A stretch of DNA of 64,000 nucleotides from Candidatus Kapaibacterium sp. GTDB taxonomy: Bacteria; Bacteroidota; Ignavibacteria; Kapaibacteriales; UBA4661. Within the stretch, counting starts at the first letter, position 1. Every line of letters begins with the position of its first letter. Of the stretch, positions 29,511 to 39,566 are shown piece by piece. Location: contig JANWZB010000003.1 in assembly GCA_025055035.1 (NCBI GenBank), positions 641 through 64,640 of the forward strand. The letters are read 5' to 3'. Under the pieces are notes generated by a model. That model ran no database searches. It saw only the letters and a list, made by a program, of their open reading frames with translations, and had not been told where the DNA came from. Both the position numbers and the translations under genes were made by a program.

Positions 29511-32500
29511 TTACTGCTGCACAGGAACAGGAATTTTCTGCAATGCCTCAAAATAGCGTTGTATAAGGCTTTCGTAGTCTTTAGTATATCCTTGCTGCGC
29601 TGAGCGAAGAAGTTCCTGTAATGCCCGTGTCCGCCCTTCTTGGGTACGCAAATCAATAGCAGCAGGGCTTTGCCGTGCAGTATTTTGGCCGGTTTTCGCT
29701 TCTCGCTGCTGCTCAATATCTTGTTCGCGGGTAGAGCGTGCTGCATCGAGTAACCGTGAAAGTATACGCTCTTGACGACGAAGAGTTTCTTCAGAGATTT
29801 GCCCGCTTCTCATATCGCTCACAATTTCCTGCATTTCTTGAGCAATTTTCTGCAAATCGCCAAGAGCACGCTTACCACCTTTTTGCTCCTTAGCTAGCTC
29901 TTCAAGTGATTTCCGAATCGCTTCTTGCTGTGCAGCTACACGACCAACATCTTCAGCACTTGGCTGACCTAAGCGCTGTCTACTTTGTCCCTCTTGTTGC
30001 ATCTGCATCATTTGTTGCAAAGCTTGATTGACAGCTTGTTGCTGACTAGCCGCCTGCTGCAAGCGCTCCATAAAGCTTGCCATACCCCCTTGCCCCTGCC
30101 CTTCTCCTTCTTCACCCGGCTGCTGACCCCCAGGACCGTTCCCTTGCTGCATCTGCCCAAGCATTGATTGCATCTGTGCTATGGCACGATTCATTGCCGA
30201 CATAGCTGCACTTTGATGCTGCGATGATTGCTGTGCGTTACGCTCTTCTAGGCTATGCACAGCATTATCCATATGCTGAAGAGCATCGCCAAGTTCTTTC
30301 CCCATCTCAGGCGTTACAGCAAAGGACTTCTGCGACAATTCTATCATACGCCCAATAACATTACGCAAATCCTGCAGAGCATTGGCTTGGTCTTGGGCAG
30401 CATCACGAAATTGCGTCGAATTATAGTCCATATTTTGGCTTTGCTGCTTGAGCTGCTCCTGACGCTTAGAAAGTTCGAGCATATTATGCGTAGCTTTTTG
30501 AAGCTGCCGAATGGCTTCTTGTTGGACATTCCGCTGCATTTCGCGCTTCAGATGCTGCATTTGTTGTGCAAACTGTTGCAGATTCTGTCGTGCTTGTTTC
30601 TGCCGCTCTTGTGCTCGAGTCTGGTCACCTCTACGCATATACTCCGTTGTTTCTTGCATTGCTTGTTCAGTTTCTTCCTTGCGCAGAGCTTCTTGTGCTT
30701 TGTTCATTTCCTCCATTGGCATATCCCGACCGCCCTTTTCTTGAATCTCTTTCATAAGCTGCTCCAGCTCATCAGTTTCCTTGCTCAAAGCTTGAAAATC
30801 TTCTTTGAGTTTTTGCTGACGCTCGGCAAGTTCTTGACGCTTTTGAGGGTCGTTCAGATTGGCATTATTCAGTTGTTGTTCCATATCTTGCTGCTGTTCT
30901 TCAAGCTCCTTGGCGCGCTTGGCAAGCTCATCAGATTTTTGGTTAGCCTGAACACGCTTCAAAATACGCATTGTTCGCTCTATGGAACGCTTAAACTCCT
31001 CCTCACTAAACTGAAACTTTTGTAGCGCCTGCTGCAACTGTTCAGGTTGCATTTGGTCAAGTGCTCGCTGCATCTGCTGCATTGCTCGCTGCAGCTCGGG
31101 CGAATTGACCTTCTGTAGCAGCTTTTGCACCTCAAGGTACTGCTGTAGCGTCTCTGGAGAAATACTGCGATTTTGCTGGAGTTTCTGCGTCATCTCTTCA
31201 AGCTGCTTCTGCACATTCTCTATGCGCTTCTGCATATCCTCATGCTTTTTGAGCAAATCCTCTAGGCGCTTTTTCTCTTTCCAATCTACCTGCGGTTTGT
31301 CCTGCTGTTTACGTAGCTCGCGCGCAACATCTTCCATATCGCGCTTCATTTGCTCTGCGTCTTTCAGCACCTTGTGCAAGTCTTTCGCAGCAAGGTCTTG
31401 AATTTTATCAGCTTCATTGAATAGTTCATCAAGCGATGGCAACCGTGCAGTTATAATTCCCGTACGCGACGACTTCGGACCATTCACAGCATCATTATCA
31501 CTTACTTCAAGGTAAAATTCATACGTATCCGACGGTGCTAAACCAAGCGCATTGAGATTCCATACATACGGTACTTCGAGAGATTTCTCACTACCGGCAG
31601 AAAAATGAATAGGAATCTGGTTCCATGACTGCTGCGGTGGAGAATATCGGGATTCTACACGGCGGTAATACAGCACTAGCTTAGAAAAACCATAATCATC
31701 GGCGATAGCAACTTTGATGGGTAGCAATCCAGTTTCTGTAAGCTCAATATTTGAGGAGGGCTGTAGCAAGGCAATAGAAGGAAATGCATCGCGCAAAGCA
31801 AGTATGCTGTAGCGAATAGGCTCAGCATTTTCCTCGCCATTCTCATCAACAATCCGAATACAGTATTCACCAGAATGCTGTACAGCAAACACACCCAAAG
31901 CACGGTGTTCGAGAACTTTCATAGGAATGCGTGTGCTATCGCCGTAGCGCGTCGAATCTTTGTCATCGCGATGTTCCAGCAGTAGTATCTCAGCAGCTTT
32001 GAGCTTTTTATTCGACATCACAGTAAGCTCTACACGCGAACCTATGAGTGACGTTATGGAGGCAGAATGCTCATCAATAGGATATGGGGACATGCGCGTG
32101 TATGTGGGTGGCATAACAGTTCCAGCGAGGCTACGAATTTCTGGGCGGTCAATAACAGTAATCATGACCTTCTCAGAGCGAACAACATCAAAATACCACG
32201 GCACTTCTGCGTACGCTTCGATACTTCGCTTCACCGCAGACACATGGAATCGAAACACACCCTCTGAGTCGGGTCTAAGAGTAAATGTCTCGAATGGTGT
32301 ATTCTCCACAGCAGCGCTCGTTCGCTCGCGTAACCGCAACATCACTTCTGCAGGTGGTTGATACTCCGGTGCTTCAGGATTCGGCACTGTATGTACAGTG
32401 ATTTCCATCTTAGCACCCCGCAATACCCTGTATTGGGCTGGCTCAAGAACAAGAATAAACGGTGCGGGAGGAATGAAAGATTGTCGAAAATGCAATACAC

Positions 32501-33071
32501 GGTACAATGCTGTGCCCATCGGCTTTGGAAAGACTGCAAACACTAGCCCAGCTAGGAGGATGGAGCCGAGAAACATCATCAGTGCCGTCCTACGTGGCTT
32601 CTTGTCGAGAATTGCATCGAAATCAAGTGTTTCAGCTTGTGCGGCGACGGCAGCAAAATGCGCAACAGCAAGCTCTGGCGAACTACTACGCTGCTCTATA
32701 GCATCCCGATACAGCTGCAATGCGTTCAACAGCCTATCCTGCACAGTGCTATAGACTTTCCCAATACGCAATGCGATAGTATCGCTGCTATCCGACGGGT
32801 AGATGCCTAACAACTGTAGCATCGATTTCCCCGCAAACGCTCCCACGAAGCACAATGTGCTCAGAAACCACACTGCAAACAGTATCGTGCGCGACAGCAC
32901 ATTGGAATACATTAACGCTTCAATACCCGTTACACTAAGCAAAACAACAAGCGAGTAAGCACAGGCTTGCAGTATACCCGTTGAGAGCATAAGCCAATGT
33001 TCTTTCGAACGTACAGTCCGAAGACGTCGAAGAATGCGCTCATACACTGCCTGATGTTCGGTGTTTTCCAT
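29511..33071 (-). CDS. DUF4175-like large membrane protein: two N-terminal TM blocks, Ig-like domains, long Q/E/K coiled coil
   Basis: PPTYT, DDYG.SKL.L, V.DND.V.GPK, LQQ-rich tail, Y..LI..YF end. Confidence 0.82.
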   Translation of the reverse strand: MENTEHQAVYERILRRLRTVRSKEHWLMLSTGILQACAYSLVVLLSVTGIEALMYSNVLSRTILFAVWFLSTLCFVGAFAGKSMLQLLGIYPSDSSDTIALRIGKVYSTVQDRLLNALQLYRDAIEQRSSSPELAVAHFAAVAAQAETLDFDAILDKKPRRTALMMFLGSILLAGLVFAVFPKPMGTALYRVLHFRQSFIPPAPFILVLEPAQYRVLRGAKMEITVHTVPNPEAPEYQPPAEVMLRLRERTSAAVENTPFETFTLRPDSEGVFRFHVSAVKRSIEAYAEVPWYFDVVRSEKVMITVIDRPEIRSLAGTVMPPTYTRMSPYPIDEHSASITSLIGSRVELTVMSNKKLKAAEILLLEHRDDKDSTRYGDSTRIPMKVLEHRALGVFAVQHSGEYCIRIVDENGEENAEPIRYSILALRDAFPSIALLQPSSNIELTETGLLPIKVAIADDYGFSKLVLYYRRVESRYSPPQQSWNQIPIHFSAGSEKSLEVPYVWNLNALGLAPSDTYEFYLEVSDNDAVNGPKSSRTGIITARLPSLDELFNEADKIQDLAAKDLHKVLKDAEQMKRDMEDVARELRKQQDKPQVDWKEKKRLEDLLKKHEDMQKRIENVQKQLEEMTQKLQQNRSISPETLQQYLEVQKLLQKVNSPELQRAMQQMQRALDQMQPEQLQQALQKFQFSEEEFKRSIERTMRILKRVQANQKSDELAKRAKELEEQQQDMEQQLNNANLNDPQKRQELAERQQKLKEDFQALSKETDELEQLMKEIQEKGGRDMPMEEMNKAQEALRKEETEQAMQETTEYMRRGDQTRAQERQKQARQNLQQFAQQMQHLKREMQRNVQQEAIRQLQKATHNMLELSKRQEQLKQQSQNMDYNSTQFRDAAQDQANALQDLRNVIGRMIELSQKSFAVTPEMGKELGDALQHMDNAVHSLEERNAQQSSQHQSAAMSAMNRAIAQMQSMLGQMQQGNGPGGQQPGEEGEGQGQGGMASFMERLQQAASQQQAVNQALQQMMQMQQEGQSRQRLGQPSAEDVGRVAAQQEAIRKSLEELAKEQKGGKRALGDLQKIAQEMQEIVSDMRSGQISEETLRRQERILSRLLDAARSTREQDIEQQREAKTGQNTARQSPAAIDLRTQEGRTRALQELLRSAQQGYTKDYESLIQRYFEALQKIPVPVQQ

Positions 33072-33195
33072 GTCAATTTTTAAGAGTGGTGAAACATGCA
33101 CACAAACTACAAAAATCTCACATTTTGCACTACTGTGTTGAGAAGCAATTAAGGTGTATCGAGATTGTTGGACAATGGCTGACTACGCCACATTC

Positions 33196-33226
33196 TTTGG
33201 CAGTTACTCAAAAACCTCTATATTTG
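33196..33226 (+). promoter_or_regulatory. Bacteroidetes-type promoter TTTG-N19-TATATTTG for moxR
   Basis: Both boxes present at canonical spacing. Confidence 0.65.
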
Positions 33227-33234
33227 CCAAAGTG

Positions 33235-33264
33235 TGTAGCATTAGCGTATGTAGCATTAGCGTA
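33235..33264. repeat. 15-bp tandem duplication TGTAGCATTAGCGTA x2 (also GTTGGATATT x2 at 33292-33311)
   Basis: Read directly from the sequence. Confidence 0.85.
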
Positions 33265-33337
33265 CAGCATCACTGTAGCTTGCTTTGCAGCGTTGGATAT
33301 TGTTGGATATTTTGGTGTACATGTAGATTATAACTGT

Positions 33338-34324
33338 ATGACCGACATTCGAGAGCTCCACGAGCGCATTCAGCGTGAAAGTGCATTTATAGAACTGCTC
33401 ACAACAGAAATCAGCAAGGCGATTATTGGTCAGAAGTATATGGTCGAACGGTTGCTTATAGCCCTACTTTCCGATGGACACATCCTACTCGAAGGCGTTC
33501 CAGGCTTAGCAAAAACTCTTGCTATCAAGACACTTGCAGCAGCAATTGACGCAAAGTTCAGCCGTATTCAGTTTACTCCCGATTTACTGCCAGCTGACGT
33601 TATCGGCACAACTATATACAACCCAGCAACAACGCAATTTTCTGTACGACAAGGACCAATCTTTGCGAATTTCATTCTTGCTGACGAGATCAACCGTGCT
33701 CCAGCAAAAGTACAAAGCGCTCTTCTGGAAGCAATGCAGGAACGCCAAGTAACCATTGGCGAGCAAACCTTCAAGCTCGAAGAACCATTTTTAGTGCTTG
33801 CAACCCAGAATCCTATTGAGCAAGAAGGCACGTATCCACTTCCTGAAGCTCAGGTTGATAGGTTCATGCTCAAAGCTCTTATTTCGTACCCTACCAGAGA
33901 AGACGAGCGCCTGATTATGCGCCAGAACCTATCCAACAATCCAATATCTATACGCCCTGTTATTACGCCACAGAGTATCTTGCAAGCTCGCTCTGTGGTA
34001 CGAGAAGTCTATATGGACGAAAAAATTGAGCAGTACATTCTTGACATTATTTCGGCAACACGCAATCCGCAGCATTACAAACTTGGCAATCTCGCAAACC
34101 TGATTAGTTACGGTGCTTCGCCTCGTGCAACAATTGCTCTTGCTCTTGCCTCAAAAGCCCACGCCTTCATCAAGCATCGCGGATATGTTATCCCCGAAGA
34201 CGTTCGAGCCCTGTGCCACGATGTTCTGAGACATCGCATCGGTCTGACATATGAAGCAGAAGCAGAAAACATGCGCCCCGAAGACATTATTAACGAACTT
34301 CTCAACACACTTGAAGTACCATAG
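33338..34324 (+). CDS. moxR: MoxR-family AAA+ ATPase
   Basis: EGVPGLAKT, RIQFTPDLLP.D, ADEINRAPAKVQSALLEAM, ATQNPIEQEGTYPLPEAQ.DRF. Confidence 0.95.
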   Translation: MTDIRELHERIQRESAFIELLTTEISKAIIGQKYMVERLLIALLSDGHILLEGVPGLAKTLAIKTLAAAIDAKFSRIQFTPDLLPADVIGTTIYNPATTQFSVRQGPIFANFILADEINRAPAKVQSALLEAMQERQVTIGEQTFKLEEPFLVLATQNPIEQEGTYPLPEAQVDRFMLKALISYPTREDERLIMRQNLSNNPISIRPVITPQSILQARSVVREVYMDEKIEQYILDIISATRNPQHYKLGNLANLISYGASPRATIALALASKAHAFIKHRGYVIPEDVRALCHDVLRHRIGLTYEAEAENMRPEDIINELLNTLEVP

Positions 34325-34393
34325 AGAATACAATAACACTACACTCTTATAAGCTCGACACTCCACTGAATCTGTTTCTATCCTGCCGAGCGT

Positions 34394-36454
34394 ATGCCTT
34401 GCCCACATTCCTTTGCCTACTATTATGTTCTTGGAGGTATTGTATTGCTACCATTCTTCTTGAGCTTCTTGAGCTGTGAGTTTCCTACAGCAGAGCAAGC
34501 AGCTGTAGAACAACAAAACTTCCAAACGACGGAATTTCGTTATATCAACATGACTCATGGCGCGGCGAGCCATATATTACGGGTAACATTCGCTACATAT
34601 TCCCTAACATTACAAACACGCGTTGATTCAACTATAACGCTTCCTCCCGTTCCTAGACTAGGCGTTACCGCATTCTCCTCTCCCAAAGCTGATAGTGGTA
34701 GAGTTATGATTCTTGATAGCTTTGGTCAGATACTTTTTTCTCCACGCCCATATCTCTTCACCGATCGCAATGCCCGTTACACCTTCATTGGCTTACCTGC
34801 ACCGCCTTCTTCAAAAGCAGTATTAGACACTGTTCTTGTGCTTAGGTCGCTTCCAAGCCAACTAGACAATAACACTGTCAGCGTTCGGATTGTAAACTGT
34901 AACAGCGATTCATCGGTAGTGTACACCGTTGCTCTTGGCTGCCCAAGTGGTATGCCGCTTACGAGCAATCTTGCTTTTCGCAAAGTCAGCGCTATTAGCA
35001 CGCTGAACCTTCCTAGCGGTATTCTAAACCTAGCAATTACAGAGCAGCGCCTTGGAAGTACATCATCCCCAGCTGCAAGAACCTTTCGCATAACGCTACG
35101 CACTCTTGTACCAAAGAATATCTACACTTTGTTAATTTACAATGACAACACTGGCACTCCTGCACTTCTTGGAATAAATGAGCGCACCACAGAACAGCTT
35201 ATTTCTGTCTCCTCTTCGAATCCTCAAACATTTATTCGAGTTGCAAATTTTTCTTCAACTGTCCTGAATGGTGTTTTCTATCAATCTCGCGGCATTCCCA
35301 GTGCTTCTATCAGTACGAACATTCCTCCATTAACGCTAACATCGTACCAAAGTCTTGTAGCTTGTGAATCTGTCGGCAACGACACACTCGTTGTGAAACG
35401 CTCCAGCAGTAGCATACCAATCCAACACATTTCAACAGCACTTGAGGTGAATGGCTCACAAACAGTAGTTGTTGACGATAGCATTGCAGTTGTAGTTCCA
35501 GCACATACGCCCAATGTCTCAGCAAACACGGTGGTAGTGCGATTCATTAACTTGTGCTCTGATAGCGTTCTTGTTATGCGTGGTACAACAACGCAACAAC
35601 CAAGCTACATTATTGCACCTAAGCTTCTGCGCGGTAGTGTATCGGCACCCTTTGCCATGCCTGTTGCTGATGTGCTGCATCCGTTTCTTGTGTTCCGTGC
35701 AGACAATTCAGGACGTCTGCTACAGCATAGCGTTAGTACTCTCCCAGCTTCCATAGCTAGAACATCATCGTATTTGGCTGTTCTTCGGAATGAGGGAATA
35801 ACCTTGATACCAGACGTATCACAGGAGAGTACACCGCCAAGCACTCAGCTATCGCCTTCACCGAAAGGTGCAGTTGTTCAAGTACTTCATGCCTTCAGTG
35901 ACGCCACGCTCGCAACTGTGCAGCTTGCTATCGGCACGGTGCTCCGTACTAACATTGGCTATGGAGCACCCATACTGACTGTACTACCAGCGAATGCACG
36001 TCTAAATATTACTATGGGTAGAGCATCACTCACTCCACATCTTGAGGAAAGCGTACGTTATGTAGTGATTGGTAGCGGCATTGGCACATTGCAGCAACTC
36101 ACTCTCGAACGGAGCTTGTGGACATCATTACAACGGGAACTTATTCCTTCACCCATGCAGGGCATTATACGGTACTATAATGCCACGATAAATGCTCCTC
36201 GTCTTCGCGTTCGCGCTGACGTAGAAAGCGGATTTCATCTACGAACGCCTATTGAGCGCAACCAATTTTCTACTCCAGACCGCTTCTTCTCAAATCAGAC
36301 TCGAACGCTTACTTTCTTACAGAATGAAACGCCTATTTTCAGAGCGAATAACCTGACGTTTCTGCTTGGCAAAGGCTATACGGTCGTTCTCACCAATATC
36401 AGTGCGAACACTTCGGATTCATCCTATAATGCGCTTGTCCTGCAAGAGTACTAA
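34394..36454 (+). CDS. Surface lipoprotein with about six tandem DUF4397-like beta-sandwich repeats
   Basis: Lipobox FLSC; repeat starts FRYINM, VRIVNC, IRVANF, VRFINL, VQVLHA, IRYYNA. Confidence 0.65.
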   Translation: MPCPHSFAYYYVLGGIVLLPFFLSFLSCEFPTAEQAAVEQQNFQTTEFRYINMTHGAASHILRVTFATYSLTLQTRVDSTITLPPVPRLGVTAFSSPKADSGRVMILDSFGQILFSPRPYLFTDRNARYTFIGLPAPPSSKAVLDTVLVLRSLPSQLDNNTVSVRIVNCNSDSSVVYTVALGCPSGMPLTSNLAFRKVSAISTLNLPSGILNLAITEQRLGSTSSPAARTFRITLRTLVPKNIYTLLIYNDNTGTPALLGINERTTEQLISVSSSNPQTFIRVANFSSTVLNGVFYQSRGIPSASISTNIPPLTLTSYQSLVACESVGNDTLVVKRSSSSIPIQHISTALEVNGSQTVVVDDSIAVVVPAHTPNVSANTVVVRFINLCSDSVLVMRGTTTQQPSYIIAPKLLRGSVSAPFAMPVADVLHPFLVFRADNSGRLLQHSVSTLPASIARTSSYLAVLRNEGITLIPDVSQESTPPSTQLSPSPKGAVVQVLHAFSDATLATVQLAIGTVLRTNIGYGAPILTVLPANARLNITMGRASLTPHLEESVRYVVIGSGIGTLQQLTLERSLWTSLQRELIPSPMQGIIRYYNATINAPRLRVRADVESGFHLRTPIERNQFSTPDRFFSNQTRTLTFLQNETPIFRANNLTFLLGKGYTVVLTNISANTSDSSYNALVLQEY

Positions 36455-36460
36455 ATCCAA

Positions 36461-37291
36461 ATGCATAACTATCAAATACTTCCTACTTCAACACTAGCAC
36501 CTTTGCAAAGCGACTTGTCAGAGCACGGACTATCACTATTCGGTGTGCAGTCATGGTCGGAGGTGGACGTCTTGTTGCATCCCTTATACTCTCCACAAGA
36601 AAACATGGAGTTTGACTGCTATCGTGCCCAAGCATTGCTCCGCGGGGAAGCAAAGCCTATGCTACGCTTGTACTCATGGCAGCCTTTTGCTGTTTCGATA
36701 GGAGCACATCAGTGTATGAGTGACATTGACGAGCATGCATGTCGGCGCTTAGGTATTACTCTTGTACGTAGACCAACGGGAGGACGGGCCCTCGTTCATG
36801 CTGAAGAACTCACATATTCGATTGCTGTGCCACTTACGACGGTTTATGCACAACGTCGAACAGTGCACGATATTTACCACCATGTGCATGTTCTGCTTCT
36901 CAAAGCTATTCACCTTCTCGGAGCAACAGACGTATCTTTTGAGAAAATACAACCTGACTTTCGACAGCAGTATCGCTCTGGGCATATTGCAATGCCATGC
37001 TTTGCAAGCTCTGCTCGCTATGAACTTGTCTGGAACACCCGCAAACTTGTTGGCAGTGCACAGCGTCTTTATGGTACCGTTGTCCTACAGCACGGTTCTC
37101 TTTTGCTTGGTAAGGGTCATGAGCTTTTGGCGGAGGTTCTGAATCTCAGTAGCGTAGACCGAGTACGTATTCGCGCTCTCATTAGGGAGCGTTCTATATC
37201 ACTTGATGTTCTTTGTGGTCGAACCATTTCCTTCGAAGAAGCAAGCTATGCTGTCCTTCGAGCATTTGGTTACCCTTACACGCTTCCGTAG
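36461..37291 (+). CDS. Lipoate-protein ligase family (LipM/LplA-like)
   Basis: NM..D, LRLY.W, VRRPTGGRA.VH..ELTYS, CF, KLVGSAQ, LQHGS. Confidence 0.88.
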   Translation: MHNYQILPTSTLAPLQSDLSEHGLSLFGVQSWSEVDVLLHPLYSPQENMEFDCYRAQALLRGEAKPMLRLYSWQPFAVSIGAHQCMSDIDEHACRRLGITLVRRPTGGRALVHAEELTYSIAVPLTTVYAQRRTVHDIYHHVHVLLLKAIHLLGATDVSFEKIQPDFRQQYRSGHIAMPCFASSARYELVWNTRKLVGSAQRLYGTVVLQHGSLLLGKGHELLAEVLNLSSVDRVRIRALIRERSISLDVLCGRTISFEEASYAVLRAFGYPYTLP

Positions 37292-37322
37292 TACTAGTAT
37301 GCGCGTTTCTGTGCACAGGTGC

Positions 37323-38222
37323 TTACCCTTGAATCATACGACGCTTTATCAGGTATTGCAACAATGCCACATCAAACGGTTGTGCCGTGTCGAGCAACAT
37401 GTAATCAATCTTACGTTCACGGCAGTGCTTTTTAAGCTTCTCGGTAAATTCTTTTAATGCATGAGTGTATGCAGCTTTGATATGCTGTGGTTGGGTCGTC
37501 ATTTCTTCTCCAGTTTCCATGTCGCGGAAGAGCGCATCGTAGCCAAAATTAAAATCTCGCTCGCGTGGGTCGAGAATTTGAAATGCTAAGACCTCGTGAT
37601 TGCTATGACGGAAGCGCTTTAGTGCTGATATGACAGCATGCACATCATCAAAAAAATCACTGAGCACAATTACAAGTCCTCGCCGTGCAATACGCTCAGC
37701 AATCTGGGCTAGTGCAGGGGCAGTACCAGTTTGCCTAGTCGGCACAGCACTACCAAGTGTGCGTAAGATTTCTTGAATGTAGGACTTCTTTGAATGCGCC
37801 GGAAGATACGTACGTATATCTGTATCGTAGAGAGCAAGCCCAACTGCGTCCTGCTGCTTCATCATCAAAAACGCCATTGCTGCTGCTAGATAGCAAGCGT
37901 ATTCAAATTTCGCGATATTGCCCTGGGAAGCGTAGTTCATCGAGGCGCTTGCATCAAGAATGATAGTGCAGCGAAGATTTGTCTCATCTTCATACTGCTT
38001 CACATAGTATCGGTCGGTACGTGCAAAAACCTTCCAATCGATAAATTTAATTTCGTCGCCCGGCATATACTGTCTGTGCTCAGCAAACTCAATACTAAAA
38101 CCGTGATAGGGTGATTTATGCAGTCCGGTGATAAACCCCTCCACAACGAGGCGCGCTTTCAGGTCTATGCCTTGAATCCTTGATATCACACGTGGCTCAA
38201 GATACTTGCGATAGTCTGTCAT
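37323..38222 (-). CDS. DUF58 protein (MoxR partner)
   Basis: GLHKSP.HG.S.EFAEHRQY.PGD, IDWKV.AR, D.S.SM, LSDF. Confidence 0.93.
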   Translation of the reverse strand: MTDYRKYLEPRVISRIQGIDLKARLVVEGFITGLHKSPYHGFSIEFAEHRQYMPGDEIKFIDWKVFARTDRYYVKQYEDETNLRCTIILDASASMNYASQGNIAKFEYACYLAAAMAFLMMKQQDAVGLALYDTDIRTYLPAHSKKSYIQEILRTLGSAVPTRQTGTAPALAQIAERIARRGLVIVLSDFFDDVHAVISALKRFRHSNHEVLAFQILDPRERDFNFGYDALFRDMETGEEMTTQPQHIKAAYTHALKEFTEKLKKHCRERKIDYMLLDTAQPFDVALLQYLIKRRMIQG

Positions 38223-38310
38223 AGCGAAAAAAGTGATTGCTCAAAAATGCTGCGTTTGCCATTTTTACACTGCAGTACTGTGTGTTCTCTATTCCGCAGC
38301 AGGATGTGCA

Positions 38311-38877
38311 ATGACTCTCAAACAACGTTTCGCTCGGTGGTGGCTGAGTCTAACAGGATGGAAAGTTGTTGGGGACTTACCTCCCGACATCAAGCGCTTT
38401 GTTGTCATCGGCGCACCACACACATCAAACTGGGATTTATATGGGGCAGTGCTTGGTGCAATGTCTATGAATTTTCGTGGGAAATGGCTTGGTAAAAAAG
38501 AGCTCTTTCGCTTTCCATTCGGTTGGCTTATGCGTTGGCTAGGAGGAATTCCGGTAGACAGAAGCCGACGCACAAACATGGTAGATTTTGCAGCAAAGCT
38601 TTTGGAAACAAGCGACAGCCTTGGCTTAATCATACCACCCGAAGGAACACGTAGCAAGACTCCGAAATGGAAAACGGGGTTTTACTATATCGCCTACAAA
38701 GCGCGTGTGCCGATTATCTGCGGATTTATGGACTACGCAAAGAGGGAGCTCGGAATTGGCCTGATTCTTACACCAACAGGCAACATCCATGAAGATATCA
38801 AGATCATCCGCGATTTCTACAGCACTGTACAAGGCAAATATCCCGAAAAAATGTCGCCCGTGGAAATAGATGAATAA
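38311..38877 (+). CDS. Lysophospholipid acyltransferase (PlsC family)
   Basis: APHTSNWD, GGIPVDR, PEGTRS…WKTGFY. Confidence 0.9.
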   Translation: MTLKQRFARWWLSLTGWKVVGDLPPDIKRFVVIGAPHTSNWDLYGAVLGAMSMNFRGKWLGKKELFRFPFGWLMRWLGGIPVDRSRRTNMVDFAAKLLETSDSLGLIIPPEGTRSKTPKWKTGFYYIAYKARVPIICGFMDYAKRELGIGLILTPTGNIHEDIKIIRDFYSTVQGKYPEKMSPVEIDE

Positions 38878-38949
38878 CAGTTTCTTACTTTATGCAGCAG
38901 ATGCTCTACGGCTTGTACTGCTGTGCAGTAGCAGCTCGCCATGCAGTTA

Positions 38950-39549
38950 TCATAGTTCCAAAAAATTTTTCAGAACTTGCATCCCTACTTCGCCACTTTT
39001 TTCAGGATGGAATTGCACAGCATAGAAGTTGTTGCTGTGCAATGCACTACTAAACGTTCGGGTGTAGGTCGTTGTTGCTATCGTTTCTGGAACGGGCTCT
39101 ACAGCATAGCTATGAACATAGTACGCATAAAACTCACTAGGCAGATGTGCAAACAAGGGATGTGGGCGCGTCTGCACTATGTTCCAGCCTATATGAGGAA
39201 CCTTCAAGCGCTTTTGTCCTTCGATTACAGGCACTAATCGCTGAACCCTTGCATCAAATACTCCCATACACTCTGTATGCTGCTCTTCGGAATACGCACA
39301 CAACAACTGCATGCCGATGCAAATACCAAGAACAGGCTGTTGTAAGGAGGTAATGACCGTATCCAAGCCTCGCTCGCGTAGATACGTCATTGCAGAGCGT
39401 GCTTCACCTACACCTGGAAAGATCACCTTGTCTGCGCTACGCAGAACACGCGCATCGTCTGAAATGCAAGGATGAATGCCTAGACGCTGGAGTGCGAAGA
39501 GCAACGATTGGATATTACCGGCATTATACTGAACAACAGCAATAGTCAT
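38950..39549 (-). CDS. hisH: Imidazole glycerol phosphate synthase glutaminase subunit
   Basis: YNAGNI.S, PGVG, GICIGMQL, PHIGWN, YVHSY, QFHPEKSG. Confidence 0.96.
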   Translation of the reverse strand: MTIAVVQYNAGNIQSLLFALQRLGIHPCISDDARVLRSADKVIFPGVGEARSAMTYLRERGLDTVITSLQQPVLGICIGMQLLCAYSEEQHTECMGVFDARVQRLVPVIEGQKRLKVPHIGWNIVQTRPHPLFAHLPSEFYAYYVHSYAVEPVPETIATTTYTRTFSSALHSNNFYAVQFHPEKSGEVGMQVLKNFLEL

Positions 39550-39566
39550 AGTCTTGCAGGCGACAC

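Noticed and set aside
30255..31025. 256-aa Leu-rich plus-strand ORF
   Set aside because: Antisense shadow of the Gln/Glu/Lys-rich coiled coil in the DUF4175 gene
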